A DNA stretch of 48,594 bases from an uncultured Chlorobiaceae bacterium. GTDB lineage: Bacteria; Bacteroidota; Chlorobiia; Chlorobiales; Chlorobiaceae. This document shows positions 41,456 through 48,594 of this stretch, in pieces. The position numbers and the translations under genes were made by a program. Positions within the stretch are counted from its first letter, which is position 1, and each line of letters begins with the position of its first letter. The notes beneath the pieces are model-generated. The model saw nothing but the letters and a program-made list of their open reading frames with translations, had not been told where the DNA came from and ran no database searches. The stretch lies in the NCBI GenBank assembly GCA_903874585.1, contig CAIQSY010000091.1, positions 1-48,594 on the forward strand, read 5' to 3'.

Positions 41456-43708
41456 ATGCACAGTTTAATTCAGTTATCAATAGTCATACTTCTATTGCCA
41501 CTGCTATCATTTGTGATTCTTATTTTTTTTAATCGCAGACTTCCGAGGCGAGGCGATTTTATAGGAGTTGGAATTCTTGGTACGGCCTTTGTTTTGTCGC
41601 TTTATATTTTTTGGCAAGTTATTGTACAGGCTTATGATCCTGCTTTTAGGGTTGCATGGGATTTCACGTGGATTGATCTTGGAAATGTTCCTGGTGTTGG
41701 ACCACTAAAAATCAAAATGGGTATTGTGATTGATAACATTGCGTCAATTATGTTGTCAATGGTCACATTGATTAGTTTTCTTGTTCATTTGTATTCCACA
41801 GGTTATATGGCAGGCGATAAGAATTATGGTAGATTCTTTGCTTATCTTGGAATATTTACTTTTTCAATGCTTGGTATTATCCTTTCTGATAATCTTTTCG
41901 CGATTTATATTTTTTGGGAGCTTGTAGGTCTCTCTTCATACTTACTTATTGGGTTCTTTTTTGAAAAAGAGAGTGCGGCGGATGCACAGAAAAAAGCATT
42001 TCTTGCAAATCGCGTTGGTGATATCGGTATGTGGCTTGGTATTTTAATTCTTTATTCACAGTTCCATACGTTTAACTACCAAGAGATTTATGCTAATCTG
42101 GCAGCAGGTAAATTTGCTCTTTCTAATGGTTGGCTGACTGCCGCAGGTATTCTGTTATTTATGGGTTGTGTTGGTAAATCAGCACAATTTCCTCTTCATG
42201 TATGGCTTCCGGATGCTATGGAAGGTCCTACTCCAGTTTCAGCGCTCATCCATGCAGCTACCATGGTTGCAGCAGGAGTTTATTTTGTAGCTCGTATTTT
42301 TGTTGTTTTGACCCCTGATGCCTTGCATGTTATTGCATTTGTGGGAGCATTTACTGCTTTTATGGCGGCAACAATAGCAATAACCCAGCATGATATTAAG
42401 CGCGTTCTTGCTTATTCTACTGTATCACAGCTTGGGTATATGGTTCTCGGTTTAGGTGTCGGTGCTTATTCTGCATCTCTATTCCATCTTGTTACTCATG
42501 CGTTTTTTAAAGCTTGCCTTTTCTTGGGCTCAGGAGCAATTATACATGCAATGCACCACGAACAGGATATGCGATGGATGGGCGGCTTACGTAAGCAAAT
42601 GCCTTGGACATTCGTAACCTTTACTCTTGCTACACTTGCACTTGCCGGCTTACCTCTAACAAGTGGTTTTTTGAGTAAAGATGCTATTCTTGCTGGTGCT
42701 ATTGGATTTGCTGAAGTTGAAGGTGGTGGAATTTATTATTTGATTCCATTTTTAGGTTTTTTCTCTGCTATGTTGACAGCCTTTTATATGGGACGTCAGA
42801 TATGGCTTGTTTTCTTTGGCGAGAGTCGTACACATCTTAAGCCTGTAGATGATCAACATCACGATCATAATGCGCATGGTAGTCATGATGATGACCATTC
42901 TCATCATGGAGTACATGAGGTTGCATGGAATATGAGAGCTCCACTTGTAATTCTCGCAACACTCTCTGTGTTCTTTGTTTATTCGCCTGATCCTCTTGAT
43001 GGAGCAAAAGGTTGGTTTATGAAGATGATTCCCACACCAGCAACTGTTGTTGGATCATCTAATCCTCAGCAAGGCTTTGTTCATGCAGCAGTTATGCAAG
43101 CACCGCATGTTGAGAGTGCGACACATACGGTTCCCGACCCGCAACATGAAGGAACTAATCCCGTAGCTCAACATAGTTCTGCGCATGGAGATCATGTTTA
43201 TTCAGATCCACGTCAGGCAGCAATTGTTCATGCTGGACATGGTGCGCATTATACGGCTATTTATATATCAAGTGTAATGGTGATTTTAGGTATTGGATTA
43301 GCTTGTATATTCTATGTTTTTGGTGTTATCGATCCTGCGAAGACGGCTCTTGCTATAAGACCATTGTATCTTTTTTCTTTTAATAAGTGGTACTGGGATG
43401 AGATTTATCAAGCAACATTTATTCGTGGGTCAGTCCTCATTGCAAAAATGTTAAGTTGGTTTGATACTCATGTTGTTGATGGTATCGTCAATGGTGTTGC
43501 AACGCTTGTTCGTAAATTTGCTTTCTTGAACAATAGTTTTGATAAACATGTTGTTGATGGTTTGGTTAATTTTACAGCATTTACTGTTAATACTACTGGT
43601 GCAGTTTTAAGAAAGTTACAGACTGGAAAAGTGCAGACTTATATTGTCATGCTTATTCTCGTTGTGTTTGGCTACTTTGTCTTTTATTTTTCACGCATAG
43701 TTTACTAA
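41456..43708 (+). CDS. nuoL: NADH-quinone oxidoreductase subunit L
   Basis: WELVGLSSYLLIGF, GKSAQFPLHVWLPDAMEGPTPVSALIHAATMV, HAFFKACLFL. Confidence 0.97.
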   Translation: MHSLIQLSIVILLLPLLSFVILIFFNRRLPRRGDFIGVGILGTAFVLSLYIFWQVIVQAYDPAFRVAWDFTWIDLGNVPGVGPLKIKMGIVIDNIASIMLSMVTLISFLVHLYSTGYMAGDKNYGRFFAYLGIFTFSMLGIILSDNLFAIYIFWELVGLSSYLLIGFFFEKESAADAQKKAFLANRVGDIGMWLGILILYSQFHTFNYQEIYANLAAGKFALSNGWLTAAGILLFMGCVGKSAQFPLHVWLPDAMEGPTPVSALIHAATMVAAGVYFVARIFVVLTPDALHVIAFVGAFTAFMAATIAITQHDIKRVLAYSTVSQLGYMVLGLGVGAYSASLFHLVTHAFFKACLFLGSGAIIHAMHHEQDMRWMGGLRKQMPWTFVTFTLATLALAGLPLTSGFLSKDAILAGAIGFAEVEGGGIYYLIPFLGFFSAMLTAFYMGRQIWLVFFGESRTHLKPVDDQHHDHNAHGSHDDDHSHHGVHEVAWNMRAPLVILATLSVFFVYSPDPLDGAKGWFMKMIPTPATVVGSSNPQQGFVHAAVMQAPHVESATHTVPDPQHEGTNPVAQHSSAHGDHVYSDPRQAAIVHAGHGAHYTAIYISSVMVILGIGLACIFYVFGVIDPAKTALAIRPLYLFSFNKWYWDEIYQATFIRGSVLIAKMLSWFDTHVVDGIVNGVATLVRKFAFLNNSFDKHVVDGLVNFTAFTVNTTGAVLRKLQTGKVQTYIVMLILVVFGYFVFYFSRIVY

Positions 43709-43748
43709 GAGACCTTTATTTTAATTAGAAAACCTACAGATACGGAAC

Positions 43749-45383
43749 ATGCTGAGTTTAATTGTTTTTCTGCCTATTATTGCCGGTTTGATAATTCTTG
43801 CCGTGCCGTCATCACAAAAGCAGATAATCAGAATTGTTTCACTGCTTGCGGCCCTTGCCCAGGGAGTGCTGGCTGTTCTGATCTGGAAAGATTATAATCC
43901 TGCGCTTCCAGGTATTACTGCAGGACCCAATGGCAGTCCATTAGGATCATTTCAATTTGTAGAAAGGGTTCCATGGATTAATCTTGATCTTGCTGGATTT
44001 GGTCCATTAAATATTGAGTATTTTATTGGTGTTGATGGTATATCTATCACCATGGTTATACTTACAGCCTTGGTTTCAGCTATAGGAGTTCTTTCAAGTT
44101 GGCCAATTCAAAAGCAGGTTAAAGGTTATTTTATCCTATATAATTTGCTTGCTACAGCCATGATGGGTTGTTTTGTGGCTTTAGATTTCTTCCTTTTTTA
44201 TGTTTTTTGGGAAGTTATGCTTCTCCCTATGTATTTTTTAATTGGTATATGGGGTGGTCCAAATCGCGAGTATGCTGCTATTAAGTTTTTTCTTTATACT
44301 CTTTTTGGTTCTGTTTTTATGTTGCTTGTTATGATTGGATTGTACTTCAGTGTTACTGATCCTGTGACTGGTAATCATACATTCAGCTTGGTGGCTATGG
44401 CGACACAGAGTAACTATATCAAAGATGCTATTCTTGGTCCCGATAATGTTGTATGGCGTTATGTAGCTTTTATTGTTCTCTTTATTGGATTTGCGATTAA
44501 GGTTCCGATGTTTCCTTTTCATACATGGCTTCCTGATGCGCACGTTGAGGCTCCAACTCCTATTTCAGTTATTCTTGCAGGTGTGCTTTTGAAATTAGGT
44601 ACTTATGGAATGATTCGTATTAACTTCCCATTATTTCCAGAAGTGTTTCAAGCGGGCATGTATGTCATTGGTATTTTTGGCGCTATTAATATTATATATG
44701 GTGCATTTTGTGCTCTTGCACAGCAGGATCTTAAGAAAATGGTCGCATATTCCTCTATAAGCCACATGGGTTATGTTCTGTTAGGTTTATCTGCTGGCAA
44801 TAGTGAAGGCATGGTTGGCGCTCTTTATCAAATGTTTAATCATGGCACTATTACTGCTATGCTCTTTTTGCTTGTAGGCGTTATTTATGATCGTGCTCAT
44901 ACTCGTCAGATCGATAAATTTGGTGGGCTTGCAAGTTATATGCCAGTGTATGCCGGACTTGTTACTGTAGCATGGTTTGCATCACTTGGTTTACCTGGGC
45001 TGAGTGGGTTTATTTCTGAGGCACTTGTGTTTGTTGGTGCATTTAGTTCTGTAACGACTCGATATATCGCTATGGTTTCAGTTTTAGGTATTGTATTTGG
45101 TGCTGCTTATCTGCTTTGGTCTCTACAAAGAATGTTTTTAGGTCAGAGAAAACCAGGTGCAGCTTATGATGTTGTTACTGGCGATGATGGTCATGAGCAT
45201 ATTCATTTTCATGATTGGAATGGTAAGCTTGATCTTGATGCTCGCGAATTGACTATGCTTGTGCCTCTTGTTATTATTACTATTGTTCTTGGTATTTATC
45301 CAATGCCAATACTTGGTATGCTGACAGCAAGTATCAATAAGCTTGTTGAAGTGCTTTCACCAGTAGTTTTATCACAGCTTTGA
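43749..45383 (+). CDS. nuoM: NADH-quinone oxidoreductase subunit M
   Basis: FYVFWE, KVPMFPFHTWLPDAHVEAP, AYSSISHMG, LPGLSGFISE. Confidence 0.97.
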   Translation: MLSLIVFLPIIAGLIILAVPSSQKQIIRIVSLLAALAQGVLAVLIWKDYNPALPGITAGPNGSPLGSFQFVERVPWINLDLAGFGPLNIEYFIGVDGISITMVILTALVSAIGVLSSWPIQKQVKGYFILYNLLATAMMGCFVALDFFLFYVFWEVMLLPMYFLIGIWGGPNREYAAIKFFLYTLFGSVFMLLVMIGLYFSVTDPVTGNHTFSLVAMATQSNYIKDAILGPDNVVWRYVAFIVLFIGFAIKVPMFPFHTWLPDAHVEAPTPISVILAGVLLKLGTYGMIRINFPLFPEVFQAGMYVIGIFGAINIIYGAFCALAQQDLKKMVAYSSISHMGYVLLGLSAGNSEGMVGALYQMFNHGTITAMLFLLVGVIYDRAHTRQIDKFGGLASYMPVYAGLVTVAWFASLGLPGLSGFISEALVFVGAFSSVTTRYIAMVSVLGIVFGAAYLLWSLQRMFLGQRKPGAAYDVVTGDDGHEHIHFHDWNGKLDLDARELTMLVPLVIITIVLGIYPMPILGMLTASINKLVEVLSPVVLSQL

Positions 45384-45427
45384 TAGTAATTGAAAAGATA
45401 GAGACTAAAGAATAAACGAAGAGAATT

Positions 45428-46966
45428 ATGTTCGAGCTACCATCAGGTGCTGAAATTCAGAGTATTATTGCATCTTTAAAAGCAAGTGTTGGGTTTTTTA
45501 TACCTGAAATTTATCTATCTGTACTTTTTATGCTCCTTATCGTTATCGATTTGGTGACAAAAAGTAAGAAAAATATACTTCTTTCCTTAATCACGTTGAG
45601 TGGTCTTACAGGTAGTCTGTTTTTTATCTATCAGCAGCATAGTCTTCAATCGAGCGAATTCTTTTTTGGAATGTATGTTTTGGATGAGTTCGCACTCTTC
45701 TTTAAGTATTTTTTTGTTCTTTCAGGTATGCTTGCTGTGGTTGTTACTATGGCAGATGATCAATTTGATAGAGAAGTAAAGAGTATCGGTGAGTATTATG
45801 CTCTAATTGTCTCTATGGTGATTGGTATGATTATGATGGCATCGTCACAAGATCTTTTGATGATTTTTCTTTCTATGGAGCTTGTGAGTTTTACCGCTTA
45901 TATTCTTACAGGTTATTTCAAAAAGAATCAACGCTCATCGGAAGCCGCACTTAAATACCTTATTTATGGAGCAGTCTCATCGGGATTGATGGTTTATGGT
46001 TTTTCTCTTCTTTATGGTTTGACAGCTCAGACAAATCTTATTAAAATTGGTATAGAGCTTGCTGCAACTGGTGCTGATAAATCATTGGTGATGATGTTGG
46101 CATCTCTCCTTATTATTACTGGTTTTGGTTACAAAATTGGTGCAGTTCCTTTCCATTTTTGGGCACCAGATGTTTATGAAGGCGCTCCTACTCCGATTAC
46201 TGCATATCTTTCGGTTGCATCAAAAGCCGCTGGCTTTGCTTTGCTTATGCGTTTCTTTTATGTTGCAATTCCACATTCTACAGCTACTTTATCGAGTATA
46301 GTTGGTATAGATTGGGTTACTCTTTTGATGATTCTTTCGGTTGCTTCTATGATTTATGGAAATGTCGTTGCATTGTGGCAAAAAAATGTTAAACGACTGC
46401 TTGCTTATTCATCGATTGCCCATGCAGGCTATTTGCTCCTTGGTCTTATTGTTATGGGTAAGTTTGGTACTCAGGCTACTCTGTTTTATTTGTTATCTTA
46501 TTTTCTTGTAAATTTCGGAGCTTTTTATGTAGTCATCTTAATTGCTAATAAAACAGGTAGTGAAAACCTTGATGATTATAAGGGTTTAGGTAAAACAATG
46601 CCGGTTGCTGGTGCGGCGTTGACTGTTTTTCTTGTTTCATTAGTAGGTTTACCACCAACAGTTGGTTTTATTGGTAAACTGATGATTTTTTCTGCTCTAC
46701 TCGCTAAAGGTTCAGTGTATCTGTGGTTAGCATTTATCGGTATAATGACAAGCGTTATTTCACTGTATTATTATATGTTAATCCCACTTAACATGTATTT
46801 ACGTGAGCCACAACAAGCCACTGGAAAAGCAATGAATACTGGAATTGTTCCAAAAGTAATCATGTCGGTGCTTATGGCGTTAACTATTTATTTCGGCTTG
46901 TTTTTTACATCCTTATCTGACTTTTCAAAGTACTCTTCGTCACTCTTTGGTATTGTTCTTCAGTAA
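45428..46966 (+). CDS. nuoN: NADH-quinone oxidoreductase subunit N
   Basis: EAALKY, KIGAVPFHFWAPDVYEGAP, KRLLAYSSIAHAG, GLPPTVGFIGK. Confidence 0.97.
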   Translation: MFELPSGAEIQSIIASLKASVGFFIPEIYLSVLFMLLIVIDLVTKSKKNILLSLITLSGLTGSLFFIYQQHSLQSSEFFFGMYVLDEFALFFKYFFVLSGMLAVVVTMADDQFDREVKSIGEYYALIVSMVIGMIMMASSQDLLMIFLSMELVSFTAYILTGYFKKNQRSSEAALKYLIYGAVSSGLMVYGFSLLYGLTAQTNLIKIGIELAATGADKSLVMMLASLLIITGFGYKIGAVPFHFWAPDVYEGAPTPITAYLSVASKAAGFALLMRFFYVAIPHSTATLSSIVGIDWVTLLMILSVASMIYGNVVALWQKNVKRLLAYSSIAHAGYLLLGLIVMGKFGTQATLFYLLSYFLVNFGAFYVVILIANKTGSENLDDYKGLGKTMPVAGAALTVFLVSLVGLPPTVGFIGKLMIFSALLAKGSVYLWLAFIGIMTSVISLYYYMLIPLNMYLREPQQATGKAMNTGIVPKVIMSVLMALTIYFGLFFTSLSDFSKYSSSLFGIVLQ

Positions 46967-47002
46967 TTCTGCGCTGTTGAGTTTATATATATAAAAATCG
47001 TG

Positions 47003-47052
47003 TTAAAAGCGTGAATTTGGCATCATTAAGATGTGTGACTTCACGCTTTTAA
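47003..47052 (+). terminator. Long hairpin after nuoN, probable operon terminator
   Basis: ttaaaagcgtgaa ... ttcacgcttttaa, a perfect 13-bp inverted repeat. Confidence 0.6.
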
Positions 47053-47176
47053 TGTGTATATGGTCATTAATTTTAATTATTTTACCTATAATCAATAGTA
47101 AATATCAGTGATACTGTTTAAATTGTTAGAATTTATGTATTGATGAATTTAATTATTCAAACCAAACGTTGAAAAA

Positions 47177-47959
47177 ATGAAGCTATCAAAGAAATATTTA
47201 ATTCCAACAGTGTTGGGCTTTTTGGGTTTAAGCTCACCGACCTTTGCAGCGACACCAACAGGTGTTTCTAACTATACACCAAATAATCACGGCAAATCAG
47301 TAACTACCCCTGTGGCTTGGGGTGCATCTAATAATGTTGTGTTTATGGGTGCTGGCGGGACTTATCACTCTCCATATTCGGATAAGGGTGATGGTGCGGC
47401 AGTACTTGGGTTTGGCTTGGGGGATCCAAAAAAAAATGTTGGTGTGCAGGTAACCTTTATGTCTCTTGATATATCGCACTGGGGAGAGTACTCTTCAGCT
47501 ATTCATCTTTCAAGAGATTTAGGGAATGCTGATGCTATAGGTGTTGGTGTTGAAAACATAATGCTGACTGATGGTGGTGACTCTGGTCAAAGCTATTACG
47601 TTGTTTATAGCCGTGCTTCTCAAGATCCTTCGGTGATTAATCCAAAAACGAACAAGTCAAAATTACATTATAGTGTTGGTGTTGGTAAGGGTCGATTCAG
47701 TGATATGAGTCCAAAGGATAAAGAGCATGGTAAAGGTGAGCACGGTACATACGCATTCGGTAACGTTTCGTATGAAGTGTATGATACGTGTAATGTTATT
47801 ACCGATTGGAATGGCATGAACCTTAATGCGGGTTTATCTAAGTCATTTATGATTGAAAAAATTCCATTTGCTGTAACCGTCGGTGTTGCTGATCTTACTG
47901 GTTATTCTGGTGACGGTGCACGTTTAGTTGTTGCTGGTGGTTTTGGATTTAAATTGTAA
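47177..47959 (+). CDS. Exported protein, probable outer-membrane beta-barrel
   Basis: Signal peptide (..SPTFA|A); Gly/aromatic alternating strands; C-terminus VAGGFGFKL. Confidence 0.7.
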   Translation: MKLSKKYLIPTVLGFLGLSSPTFAATPTGVSNYTPNNHGKSVTTPVAWGASNNVVFMGAGGTYHSPYSDKGDGAAVLGFGLGDPKKNVGVQVTFMSLDISHWGEYSSAIHLSRDLGNADAIGVGVENIMLTDGGDSGQSYYVVYSRASQDPSVINPKTNKSKLHYSVGVGKGRFSDMSPKDKEHGKGEHGTYAFGNVSYEVYDTCNVITDWNGMNLNAGLSKSFMIEKIPFAVTVGVADLTGYSGDGARLVVAGGFGFKL

Positions 47960-47968
47960 GAACTTTAA

Positions 47969-48594
<626 letters not shown>

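Noticed and set aside
169-47479. Numerous short ORFs antisense to or overlapping the identified genes
   Set aside because: No motifs; explained as alternative frames of well-supported genes

Overview
The window looks like a green sulfur bacterium (Chlorobiaceae) chromosome segment. This is inferred from the accC-accB-efp-hup-accA block, korAB and an 11-subunit complex I operon without nuoEFG. Most of it is housekeeping: hisA (partial), hisH, an NfnAB/SudAB-like pair, acetyl-CoA carboxylase genes, korAB, alaS, two tandem ferredoxin-like genes, serB, dCMP deaminase, ribD, DoxX, tpx, ribE, rarA, a TolC-family gene, HIT, two tRNA-Leu genes, a ferrochelatase-like gene and nuoABCDHIJKLMN. An AT-rich accessory block between serB and the dCMP deaminase (~16.6-25.2 kb) holds the most unusual content. 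First, a translationally coupled pair: a 79-aa half-ferritin-like protein, then a protein fusing a second half-ferritin-like hairpin through a long linker to a NotI-family restriction-endonuclease domain. That domain has an intact Cys4 site, apparently lost basic DNA-contacting residues, and has no intact methyltransferase nearby. Second, a minimal three-gene cellulose-synthase-like operon (TPR/beta-barrel, GT2 without PilZ, GH8; no BcsB). Third, a pair of unknown lipoproteins. Also present are a ~75-bp element with two related hairpins resembling IS200/IS605 ends, and at the right edge a beta-barrel-like gene followed by a secreted Gly-X-Thr collagen-like protein that the ORF track misses.
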